Assembly (NCBI GenBank): GCA_048882505.1
Contig: JBHLRO010000007.1
Span: 60,001-92,000, forward strand
DNA from: Candidatus Thorarchaeota archaeon
GTDB taxonomy: Archaea > Asgardarchaeota > Heimdallarchaeia > Hodarchaeales > Hodarchaeaceae
Length of the DNA: 32,000 nt
Reading direction: 5' to 3'
Positions 16,893 to 25,498 of the stretch are shown here, piece by piece; positions within the stretch are counted from its first letter, which is position 1, and every line of letters starts with the position of its first letter. Both the position numbers and the translations under genes were made by a program. Below the pieces are notes generated by a model, which saw only the letters and a list, made by a program, of their open reading frames with translations, was not told the DNA's origin and ran no database searches.

Positions 16893-18236
16893 ATTTTCAG
16901 GCGATTTAGACGAGGTAAAAAAGAGGACAAGAAAGAAAAAAAAACCGAGAACCAACCCGAGGTAGCCCCTCCCCGGGAGGATTATGTCGAAACGACCGGT
17001 CCCATTTCTCCACTGACGTCGTCTCTCCCTCTAGAAGAACAAGGAGTTCAAAAATTGGAGGGTTATACGGTTGAAGAAACCCCATTTGAAGAGCATTTTG
17101 ATACCCTTCCGACAGCACCCCCAACCGAAATTGCAGAGGAAATTGAACCAGAGACATCCTTACCTGAACCGAAAACTATACGTCCGTTAGATCTATCCCC
17201 TTATGTCGAGAAAATCCTTGATACTGAAGCATCGGTTGGAGGATTTGTCTCACCAGAAATGTTTATTTATAAGAAAGAGGAGGAAAAGAAGGAGGAGGAA
17301 GTTCAAGAAGAAGAAGCTCGACCCCTTGTACCGTCGTTTAAGTTACCTCCTATCACATTAGAAGAAAAGATTGAGGGAGCGATGTTTGCAGTTGGCCGTC
17401 CGATTCATGTGAGTGAACTGATCGAAAACCTACAGATAGAGTCGCCCGTAGTGAAAAGAACTCTAAGAAAGCTTCAGAGGGGACGAAAACCTACCTCCCC
17501 TATCGTTATTGATGAGATCTCCAAAGATCGTTGGGTTATGCAATTAAATCCGATGTATTATGAGCTTTTTTCTCCCCAAATGCCCGAGAGGTTTATGGAA
17601 GACGATGAACGACAAGTCATCACTGAAATTGCGTACCGTCAACCTATTTCTTTGGCATTGGTAAAAAAAATGGTTCGAGGGATCGGACCAGTTAAAGTAA
17701 ATGAAATCTGCAAACGCCTCGAATATCGCGGGCTTATTACAAGTGAAAAAAGAGCCCGTTCACTGGTATTTACGACTACTCCCTCGTTTGCAAAAGCTTT
17801 TGGGTTTGATGACGAAAGCAGGCGGCTAAAACTTCAAATGCTATGGCGACTAAAACGATTGATGGGAGATTATGATGCTGAGGAGGAGGAACAGGAAGTA
17901 GAGGAAGTAGAGGAAGTAGAAGAAGTAGAAGAGGAAGGACAGGAAGAAGAGGAGGAGGAACAGGAAGTAGAGGAAATAGAAGAGGAAGGACAGAGAGAAG
18001 AGGAGGAAGAGGAACAGGAAGGACAGGAAGTGGAAGAGGAAGGACAAGGAGAACAGGAACTTGACGATGAACTCGATGAGGAAGTTGAACGGAAACCTGA
18101 GGGGGCTACAATGGAAGTAGTACCAGAGACTGGCAACGAAGACCCTCCTGATATGCAATCAGCTCCCGTTCTAAATGAAAATAACCATAATCAAAATCCT
18201 GATCCCGAATCGGACGCCAAATCTCGTTTAGAATAG
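16893..18236 (+). CDS. scpB: ScpB-family KITE protein, paralogue 2, with disordered N-terminal arm and acidic C-terminal tail (447 aa from ATT 16893; 393 aa from TTG 17055)
   Basis: KIEGAMFAVGRPI, ITEIAYRQPIS..VRG, LEYRGLI and FTTTPSFAKAFG are ScpB hallmarks; the frame is open from 16887. Confidence 0.85.
   Translation: MFRRFRRGKKEDKKEKKTENQPEVAPPREDYVETTGPISPLTSSLPLEEQGVQKLEGYTVEETPFEEHFDTLPTAPPTEIAEEIEPETSLPEPKTIRPLDLSPYVEKILDTEASVGGFVSPEMFIYKKEEEKKEEEVQEEEARPLVPSFKLPPITLEEKIEGAMFAVGRPIHVSELIENLQIESPVVKRTLRKLQRGRKPTSPIVIDEISKDRWVMQLNPMYYELFSPQMPERFMEDDERQVITEIAYRQPISLALVKKMVRGIGPVKVNEICKRLEYRGLITSEKRARSLVFTTTPSFAKAFGFDDESRRLKLQMLWRLKRLMGDYDAEEEEQEVEEVEEVEEVEEEGQEEEEEEQEVEEIEEEGQREEEEEEQEGQEVEEEGQGEQELDDELDEEVERKPEGATMEVVPETGNEDPPDMQSAPVLNENNHNQNPDPESDAKSRLE
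17880..18089 (+). repeat. Purine-rich degenerate tandem repeats (GAGGAAGTA-type units) encoding a 70-aa Glu-rich tract
   Basis: EEEEQEVEEVEEVEEVEEEGQ... with 46 of 70 residues D/E. Confidence 0.9.
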
Positions 18237-18421
18237 CCATACATAGACTTTTAGGATTGTTATATCAACTCATTTCCTTCCAAATTTATATGAAATCATT
18301 TAAATGAGAGTTTCACATACTATAATGTAACAATCCGCAGAGACTCATATAGGAGAAAGGAACCACCTTTCCATATTGTGTGAAACAAACACGATCGAGT
18401 TTTAAATTTGATTAGAAAAAA

Positions 18422-21115
18422 ATGAAATACACCAATTCTTTGGTGGGATGTAACGTAATGAGAAACCTAAGATTTGTAAAATTAATGCTTATTGCTTTAT
18501 TTTTAATAACTGTATCACCAGTTTCATCTATTTTGCTAGATGTTAATCAAACACCTATTATTTTCATTGATGAACTTACAGATGATTTTACTCCAACGAT
18601 GTATGAAGGCTGGGATTACTACATACTGCCACCTGGTTCGAGTTTTCAAGATGTCTATTATTACGGAACAACAACCGATCTAACAGCCTATACTACTACT
18701 TCCCCAACAGCAAATGTTTTTGGTACAACTAGTGGTCTTACGCTAACACGAGGAAGCCCTGTTTCATCAACCCTGCTCCAAAACACCTCTCGTAATGGAA
18801 ATCATGACTTTTTTGATCCAGTTCCTTACCCAAGGGTTGTTAGAATTGATAACGGCACCCTACCCACATTTAATCAAACAATTAAAAGGCCCCTGAGCTT
18901 ACACATTGATTATGCATCAACTTTTTTCGCAGAAGGATTTGTAGAATACTGGGGATATGTCCAGATTAACGACACTATTCCTTTTCTAATGGATGTTACT
19001 TTTAGCGCAACCGATGTAGTAGGCTTATTGCTTTTTGACGATGCTTATCCTGAATCGGGGCATATTGTTGGATCGCCAGAGAATAAGATGACCTTCCCGA
19101 TTTTCCCCAAACAGGCAGGAGTCCAGAATTTCACCTTAATGACAGCCGGTTCAACCTTAGTAACCCTAACTCCACATTCGTGGGACTTTCCACCTTACCC
19201 AATACCTGAACTCAATACTAGCACATTGTTTGCTGGAGAATTGAATCAGGGGTCTCCATGGCTTTATAATGAATCCACTGATCAGTTACTCAAACAGGAT
19301 AATCCCGTATACAGCATTCGGATGTTCAATCTGTCCATAGTCCAAGATGAATTCTATCGGATTAATGCAATATTTGATATGGAAGAGGTTAAACCAGGGG
19401 TATCAAGTCCCGAACCTTTACGATTCTTGGTGGGTGAGCAATATGAATACATTTCAGGTAATATTGATCAAGATGGAATGATTATTCGAGCTCGTGAATC
19501 TGGGCACATTCTTCTCGTCTTATATTCACCTGGAGAAGCGAATGGTCAATATTCCATTTTCTATCAGAAAGAACTGCCTAGTCAACCCTTCAACACGGTT
19601 CCCCTAGAATTTGACACCCCATTATCCCCAGAATACAACGTGTTCTATACGTTTAGTTTTAGTTCTCCAGTCATGATGGGTGTAAATCGAACCGTCAGTT
19701 CTGGGACAAATAATCGATATGATTTTGAATTCTATGAGCCGGGGATTTATCCTGGTGAGTGGATTTCGGTATCAGATGACGCTTTCCTTACTATATTTGA
19801 AGGTAATTTGTTTGGTGATGCTCTGGGGGATATTGCAGGAAATTGGCAGTATATTCCTGCTGGATCATATGCCATAGAATTTACTAACATATTCGATTTC
19901 GCCGATGAAATCCAATTTACTGCTGTCCCTGTTCAGCAACCTTCAACTCTTCAGGTAAATCAGGACAGTATTTTTGCAATTGAACTCCCTCTCGTTAAAA
20001 ACCGGCTGAATTGGGTTAACCTATCAACGACAGATCAGGTCTATCCTGTCCAGCAAGTACGATACGAATGGACATTTGTGGGCAAATATAATGAGCAGAT
20101 CAGTGCAGGCACTAATTGGGATTGGTTTGGTAATGAGAATGAAACGACAAATCCTGGAGTTTGGGAAGCTTGGGATTATAATGACACTATTATTAATGCA
20201 TATCTCCCCACTCGCGATTATGAAGTACCAATATTAATGATACGGCCATTTGAGGCTTGGAATGCAACCCCAGCTCAATTGGAAACTTTTTCTGCTTCTC
20301 TGACCGTAAGTACGATCGTGGCAGCGCAGCAATCAGCCTACGACTTAAGTGCTTTAGGTGGTGTATCGCCCTTCCTGACGAATATTCCCCAAAACTACAT
20401 GTATAGTGATAGTGTTAGTGGACAACAGTATTTTATTCCGTTGTCTTCAATTAGTTCCTCAACGACTTTCCTTGTCAATGATGACTACACAACGGATGAT
20501 GACCATCTCTATGGCATCCCACTAGCCTTAGATCCCTACAGCATCTACAATATCACTGTATATCTCATTGGTAACTTTAGTACATATAATCCAGGGAACC
20601 CAAACTTCAACGAACCGGACGAATTTCTCAATGTTTCCTTCCAAGAAGAAGGTTGGAGTGATTATGAAGAAATCTACGTTCACGGGGGTAATTTACAAAG
20701 TTTAGAGATATTTGGAAGTGCAACCACCTATAACGGTGGTTTCGACAATACCAGCCAATGGCGTTCTGTTCTCATTCTCACCGTTTCTAGCATGTCTTAT
20801 CTCTTCGTCGATCTTGAACGAGAACCTGGTTCTGGTCCAGCATTGAATGGCACAATGCAGATTGTTATCCAAAAACTCAGTATAGCTGACATAGGATTCC
20901 AACTGGATTCGCAGTACAACCCAACAGTAAGCGAGCAGGAAGTTTTCACGGAAAATCCAGTAGTAAGCGATCTTATACCACCTGAACTCTATTCTATTCC
21001 AAGCACGCCTCCTTTTCCGCTGGAAGCTCTACTACTCGTTGGTGGGGTTGTGGGAGTCGGAGCTGTGGCTGCAGCAGGCGTTTATTTCGTGAGAAAAAGA
21101 AGACAAGGCTATTAG
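18422..21115 (+). CDS. Large secreted, C-terminally anchored surface (glyco)protein of unknown function
   Basis: Signal peptide MRNLRFVKLMLIALFLITVSPVSS (start probably 18458); many NxS/T sequons; C-terminal TM LLLVGGVVGVGAVAAAGVYFV followed by RKRR. Confidence 0.85.
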   Translation: MKYTNSLVGCNVMRNLRFVKLMLIALFLITVSPVSSILLDVNQTPIIFIDELTDDFTPTMYEGWDYYILPPGSSFQDVYYYGTTTDLTAYTTTSPTANVFGTTSGLTLTRGSPVSSTLLQNTSRNGNHDFFDPVPYPRVVRIDNGTLPTFNQTIKRPLSLHIDYASTFFAEGFVEYWGYVQINDTIPFLMDVTFSATDVVGLLLFDDAYPESGHIVGSPENKMTFPIFPKQAGVQNFTLMTAGSTLVTLTPHSWDFPPYPIPELNTSTLFAGELNQGSPWLYNESTDQLLKQDNPVYSIRMFNLSIVQDEFYRINAIFDMEEVKPGVSSPEPLRFLVGEQYEYISGNIDQDGMIIRARESGHILLVLYSPGEANGQYSIFYQKELPSQPFNTVPLEFDTPLSPEYNVFYTFSFSSPVMMGVNRTVSSGTNNRYDFEFYEPGIYPGEWISVSDDAFLTIFEGNLFGDALGDIAGNWQYIPAGSYAIEFTNIFDFADEIQFTAVPVQQPSTLQVNQDSIFAIELPLVKNRLNWVNLSTTDQVYPVQQVRYEWTFVGKYNEQISAGTNWDWFGNENETTNPGVWEAWDYNDTIINAYLPTRDYEVPILMIRPFEAWNATPAQLETFSASLTVSTIVAAQQSAYDLSALGGVSPFLTNIPQNYMYSDSVSGQQYFIPLSSISSSTTFLVNDDYTTDDDHLYGIPLALDPYSIYNITVYLIGNFSTYNPGNPNFNEPDEFLNVSFQEEGWSDYEEIYVHGGNLQSLEIFGSATTYNGGFDNTSQWRSVLILTVSSMSYLFVDLEREPGSGPALNGTMQIVIQKLSIADIGFQLDSQYNPTVSEQEVFTENPVVSDLIPPELYSIPSTPPFPLEALLLVGGVVGVGAVAAAGVYFVRKRRQGY

Positions 21116-21148
21116 GCTTTCCTTCCATCTCCTCCTTCTTTTTTTATT
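21116..21148 (+). terminator. Pyrimidine/oligo-T tract, candidate archaeal intrinsic terminator
   Basis: CCTTCCATCTCCTCCTTCTTTTTTTATTT immediately after the stop codon. Confidence 0.4.
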
Positions 21149-21261
21149 TGGCGGATAAAACACATTGGAACATTTCTGCAGTAGTGTCAAGTATCGTCAA
21201 TGGAAAGTGTGACCGAATAGTTCCGCTCTAATTTTTCAAATACAGCCAACTATTAAGTAGG

Positions 21262-21930
21262 TTAGAGGAATTCAGATAGAGTTGTTTTAGGTTTCTTCTT
21301 TTTAGCTGGTTTTATTGTTTTTGGCCCATTATCTCCTTTACTGGGCAAAGTATTGACAATCCAGCTATTAATTTCTCCTTCATGAGGCTTAAGTAATGCT
21401 AACAGCTCCTCTTGAGTCTTTTCGTGATCAAGCCATAAATCTACTTGTTTTTTATTGAAAATGACTGGCATCCTGTGAAAAATCCTTTCAACGACGGGGT
21501 GAGGTTCAGTTGTTAAAACTGCGCATTTATATTTCATCCTGCTCTCCTCTTCATCAAAATACGAATTATAATACCAGCGATTCCAAACAGCGGCTCATTT
21601 TTTAAAGAGAAACAATAAGGAATTCTTTCTCTACCAGAGCGCTCCCATTCAAAAAATCCATTTGCCAATATCACCCAACGTTTTTCCGCAAAGGCTTTCC
21701 TGAAGAGCTTTTTTTCATGAACAGTTTCACTTCTGGCTTTATATGACTGAAAACCCTTTGTATGCCCCAATACATTCGAACTAGTTTGTAACCTTCTTCA
21801 TTTGCAATTCCAGTTGCTCTGTTGGTTGGTTTCAAATTATAATAAGGATAGACTTCAAAATCCTGTGAAGAAATGCCATAGACTGATTCAATTTCGTCTT
21901 TTGAGGAAAAAAAGCTAATCTTGAAGGCAT
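21262..21930 (-). pseudogene. SRAP/YedK (HMCES-like, SOS response-associated peptidase) gene broken by three frameshifts
   Basis: MPSR (for MCGR), YNLKPT, MYWG, ARSETV.EK..FR.AF, ANGFFEW, VLTTEP and HRMPVI appear in order but in successive -1 frames; restoring 3 nt gives a 223-aa protein. Confidence 0.8.
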
Positions 21931-22047
21931 ACGATTCAATCTAGGACCAGTATCGACGATTATAAGTGTGGCTTTACGAGCTTAAACTTTAAGAAACAGA
22001 CGGGGTTAAAACAAGGATTGACTTCAGCCATAATTGGTAGAATGATT

Positions 22048-22581
22048 CTACCTCTGGACAGAATCAAGATATTGTTGGGCAAGATTTACATAAATCTCAG
22101 GAATTTCAGGCCCGCCTAGTTTTGCAGAACATTCATAGAATGGAACATTACCCTTTTCTTCTGCAAATTTCCGACCTTCTTCTGGATCGACCTTTCGATC
22201 AGCCTCGAGGTCGGTTTTATTTCCGATAATTACAATAGGGGTCGTTTCACGATCTTTACTAGAGCGGAAGTCTGAAACCCATCGATCAAGCGAATCAAAC
22301 GATTCTCTACGTGTAATATCATAGACAATGAGACAGCCAGCCGCACCATCGAAATATGATTTTCTTATATTTCCGAACATCTCCTGACCAGCCGTATCCA
22401 TGAGAATAAGTTTAATGGGCTTGCTATCAACGATGATACGTTTAGTGGTAATGTCTACACCTAATGTGGGAAGATAATCCTCGCTAAAAGTATTCTCCGC
22501 ATATCTACGGATGAGACTGGTTTTGCCAACTTGATAACTACCTGCTGAACAGATTTTTAGAATATACTCGTCCTCTACCAT
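22048..22581 (-). CDS. Rab-like small GTPase (Ras superfamily, Asgard type)
   Basis: G1 GSYQVGKT, G2 PTLGVD, G3 DTAGQE, G4 GNKTD, G5 CSAK; no C-terminal prenylation Cys. Confidence 0.95.
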   Translation of the reverse strand: MVEDEYILKICSAGSYQVGKTSLIRRYAENTFSEDYLPTLGVDITTKRIIVDSKPIKLILMDTAGQEMFGNIRKSYFDGAAGCLIVYDITRRESFDSLDRWVSDFRSSKDRETTPIVIIGNKTDLEADRKVDPEEGRKFAEEKGNVPFYECSAKLGGPEIPEIYVNLAQQYLDSVQR

Positions 22582-22741
22582 GTCTCAAACCTCGGGCGTA
22601 TTATGAGGATAAGCAACCTCATATATCTTTTTCCATATCATATGACGAAAATCTATCTCAATGATGTTTTAAAAGGACAACTTTAATATTAACAAGATAA
22701 AGCAAGCTTGTTTTGATCCATGTTAAAGTTGCGTTTCCTAA

Positions 22742-22921
22742 ATGGCGAAATCAGGAATTTCTGTTATAGAAACTGAGAAAGGCTTTCAATTAAGCCTTGA
22801 TGGCGAAATCTATCGAAAAATTGCCCAGGATTGGAACCAAGGGAAGATAAAACCGTTCTATACTAGGCTGAAGGATTTTATCAAGGCCTTGGAACATGAT
22901 TATGGATATTCCGATTCCTAG
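22742..22921 (+). CDS. 59-aa hypothetical protein (MAKSGISVIETEKGFQLSLDGEIYRKIAQDWNQGKIKPFYTRLKDFIKALEHDYGYSDS)
   Basis: Hand-found ATG..TAG ORF just below the track's apparent 60-aa cut-off; fills an otherwise empty gap; its stop overlaps the convergent gene's stop in CTAG. Confidence 0.55.
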   Translation: MAKSGISVIETEKGFQLSLDGEIYRKIAQDWNQGKIKPFYTRLKDFIKALEHDYGYSDS

Positions 22922-23265
22922 TCACTACCAATCCAATCATATGGATTTTTACCTTTGACTAACTCTCCCGAAAAGAGTAGTAGAAGATCGTATATCTCCC
23001 TGCACACCAGGAGAGTTTCTTCACTAATTTCTGAACCCGCCTGCAAACTGACCAGTAATCCGCCGTCCTCCTCCCAAATAACCTTGAAATTAATTTCTGG
23101 ACTTTTATAAAAAACATGAAACGACGGGGTTTTCTCTGAATATTGGTATTTTATCTTCCGCTCGCGCAGGATAGGTTTAAGATCTTCTTTGAATTCGTTC
23201 CATGAATTTTTGTCTGCGAAACGTACACTATAATGGTTTTTTGGTTGGGATACGTTATTCACCAA
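22918..23265 (-). CDS. Hypothetical protein, ~115 aa
   Basis: Overlaps the hydrolase stop (TTG 23265 or GTG 23262 start); protein-like composition. Confidence 0.7.
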   Translation of the reverse strand: MVNNVSQPKNHYSVRFADKNSWNEFKEDLKPILRERKIKYQYSEKTPSFHVFYKSPEINFKVIWEEDGGLLVSLQAGSEISEETLLVCREIYDLLLLFSGELVKGKNPYDWIGSD

Positions 23266-24604
23266 CTGAGATCACATACCTCTGTGCCATAAACTTGTTA
23301 ATCTCACTACCAACTGCCTCAGGTGATTCTAATATCACATAATGCCCTCCAGGAATTAATCGATGGACAAGAGTCGTTGTAGAAATAAGCGAGATCATCT
23401 CCTCTCGTAAAGAACTGGGGATCAAAGAATCGCTGTCTCCCCAAATTAATAGAACAGGTTTCTCTAGCAGCCTGATTTGTTTGGTGTAATCGAACTGAGG
23501 CAAGAAATCCTTAAGTAGATTATAATAGACCGTATCTGGAATTGTAAACGCCTGATCAATGTAGCTACGCGTTAAGGCCTGATTGGCGGCAGTGGAAAAA
23601 AGTACCTTGGGTGCTATTTTCTTAACCTGACCTTTGAAAGGCCAAAGCCTAGGAGGCGGTAACGCCCGAATACCTGTACGATAATTGTCTGGAGCTTTGT
23701 GAGCACCCGAAATCAGGATTAGCTTTTCAATATAGGGAGAATTTGAATCAATAAACCCCTCGAGTACAATTGCAGCGAAGATTGAATGAGCGCAGAGAAC
23801 AATTCTCCGCTCGTGAATAGATCTGACATACCCCAGAAAATCCCTTAGGTCCTGGACATAGCTTTTTAGAGTAAATTCCGTATCCTGCTCAATAGGTGAC
23901 GTGAAACCCCGCATCCCCAAAATATAAACCTGGTAATTTCCTAAAAACGAGCCAATCAAGGGAAATAAATCCTTTATTTGACCCCCCACGGGAGAAAGCA
24001 TTACCAAAGCTAGAGGATAGCTTTTGGCGGTCTTAAAGAAGGTAAAATGCCTTTTGTTTACTTCAATAGTTTGAGTTTCATACTCGTATTTTGGTTCAAG
24101 CGTTGTGATGAGAGGACGGGCCGTAAATGATAATATTCGATTCGTGGCAGCCCGAATCGGTTCGAGAATCTGTTGAATCTGACCAATAGGCGTCGTAAGA
24201 AGTTGAGCTAAAGTTTCCAAGAAATCTGGTTCAACTTGGGATGGTTCCAAATCAATTTTTGCCTTGTATTCTTCAAAAAATTCCTGAATCTCAATTTGTA
24301 CTTCTTTGGGTTCCACTAGGCCGAAAGAAAACAACGGACGCATCTGAGTGGGGGGAGACCCAAGAACTAACTGTAAATATACCTTTTTCTTCAACTTTTG
24401 TCGTTTTTCAATGACTTGAACACTGTGAAAATGTTCGAGTGGATAGTTCACCAAAATAATGGGGGAAGACTCCTTTTCAGTTGTTTGAACCGCGAATTCA
24501 ACACGGAGCTTTTCTGGATTTAGTTGTAGGATCCCATTTCGTGAGTTTTTCAACCGTGGATCTCCCTCGTGATAGGTGGCTAGCCATTCACTCCGTGCCT
24601 TCAT
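23255..24604 (-). CDS. Alpha/beta hydrolase with ~170-aa N-terminal extension (possibly PH-like)
   Basis: YILGMRGF, AHSIFA (nucleophile elbow variant), PVLLIWGDSDSLIP (Asp) and GGHYVILESPEAV (His). Confidence 0.85.
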   Translation of the reverse strand: MKARSEWLATYHEGDPRLKNSRNGILQLNPEKLRVEFAVQTTEKESSPIILVNYPLEHFHSVQVIEKRQKLKKKVYLQLVLGSPPTQMRPLFSFGLVEPKEVQIEIQEFFEEYKAKIDLEPSQVEPDFLETLAQLLTTPIGQIQQILEPIRAATNRILSFTARPLITTLEPKYEYETQTIEVNKRHFTFFKTAKSYPLALVMLSPVGGQIKDLFPLIGSFLGNYQVYILGMRGFTSPIEQDTEFTLKSYVQDLRDFLGYVRSIHERRIVLCAHSIFAAIVLEGFIDSNSPYIEKLILISGAHKAPDNYRTGIRALPPPRLWPFKGQVKKIAPKVLFSTAANQALTRSYIDQAFTIPDTVYYNLLKDFLPQFDYTKQIRLLEKPVLLIWGDSDSLIPSSLREEMISLISTTTLVHRLIPGGHYVILESPEAVGSEINKFMAQRYVISVGE

Positions 24605-24635
24605 ACTTTATGACTCCGCCCAAATGGTAGCCTTT

Positions 24636-24992
24636 TTACGCGTTATCCTTGGATAATCGCGGGATGATGCACAAAAAGGTTAAATTTGATGTTCCCGTAT
24701 TTTTATACCCATGAGGTTCGTCGGGAGGAACAAATAATGAGTCTCCGGGTCTTATGGCGATTTCTCGACCTGAACCGTCAAAAACAATTCCCTCTCCTGA
24801 CAGAACAAAAATTTCATGTTCCTCCAAATGATCATGCAATCCAATGTGATTGCCAGGAGTTATCGCAAATCTTCGGAGAAAAAAGTTTGGTACCTCGTCT
24901 TTCTTTCCCCATATCCATTGGATGGTTGTTCCTGTCGATCCGAACGCAGTCACATCTTCTTTTGAAACGTCATCTACACTTTTCATTTTCAT
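24636..24992 (-). CDS. Cupin domain protein
   Basis: LHDHLEEHEIFVLSGEG and GDSLFVPPDEPHGYKN metal-binding cupin motifs. Confidence 0.92.
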   Translation of the reverse strand: MKMKSVDDVSKEDVTAFGSTGTTIQWIWGKKDEVPNFFLRRFAITPGNHIGLHDHLEEHEIFVLSGEGIVFDGSGREIAIRPGDSLFVPPDEPHGYKNTGTSNLTFLCIIPRLSKDNA

Positions 24993-25043
24993 TTTTATAC
25001 AGCACCACTCGAGGGGCCAAATTCCACAAAAAAGCTTGTAGGT

Positions 25044-25244
25044 TTATCTCTTCGGGAGTCGTTTTTTCACTGGACCGAATGCTTTTTCCTTTACCGTTTC
25101 TGTTACTCCAGATTCATCCAATTTCGCTTTTATTGTTTCTTTTGCGATGCTCGCCGCATCAGAAGAGACACCGCTTAGCTTTAATGCCTTTTTCCCGCCT
25201 TCTTTTACTAATTTTTTAGAGAATTTTGAAATTCGCTCGCTCAC
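25044..25244 (-). CDS. Small Lys-rich hypothetical protein, 66 aa
   Basis: GTG start preceded by AAGGAG; co-oriented with and 51 bp upstream of the cupin gene. Confidence 0.65.
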   Translation of the reverse strand: MSERISKFSKKLVKEGGKKALKLSGVSSDAASIAKETIKAKLDESGVTETVKEKAFGPVKKRLPKR

Positions 25245-25498
25245 TTAGGTTACTCCTTCAAATAGGAATTACTTCATTTCATTTTAGTACAGGAATTGGC
25301 CTTTTTGAAGTTTTTTTTTATGCCAAACAAAGGGCCTATCGTTTTTTATCGTGAATCTATTCTCAAGTTTAATCATGAATAAGATATCTGTTTTTAAGAT
25401 CAACCCTAGACTCCTTCAAAAGATATGTGCGATAGTTCTTGGCAGGCTCTTCTTGATAAATTGTTTGGATCTGTAAACTCTCCAAATTCAATTATCAG

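Noticed and set aside
17850-18158. Minus-strand ORFs 17850..18158 (F/L-rich) and 17870..18136 (poly-Ser)
   Set aside because: Antisense shadows of the purine-rich Glu repeat in scpB2
21262-21930. Window-wide homopolymer sequencing error as the sole cause of the frameshifts
   Set aside because: Six ORFs of 600-1100 aa containing many homopolymers are intact, so a general error rate does not explain three hits in 670 bp; local low coverage remains possible
22742-22810. 11-bp direct repeat ATGGCGAAATC at 22742 and 22800
   Set aside because: Only two copies, both inside the 59-aa ORF in different frames; not CRISPR- or iteron-like
24686-25219. 177-aa plus-strand ORF
   Set aside because: Antisense overlap with the cupin and the 66-aa gene, with atypical F/L/H-rich composition
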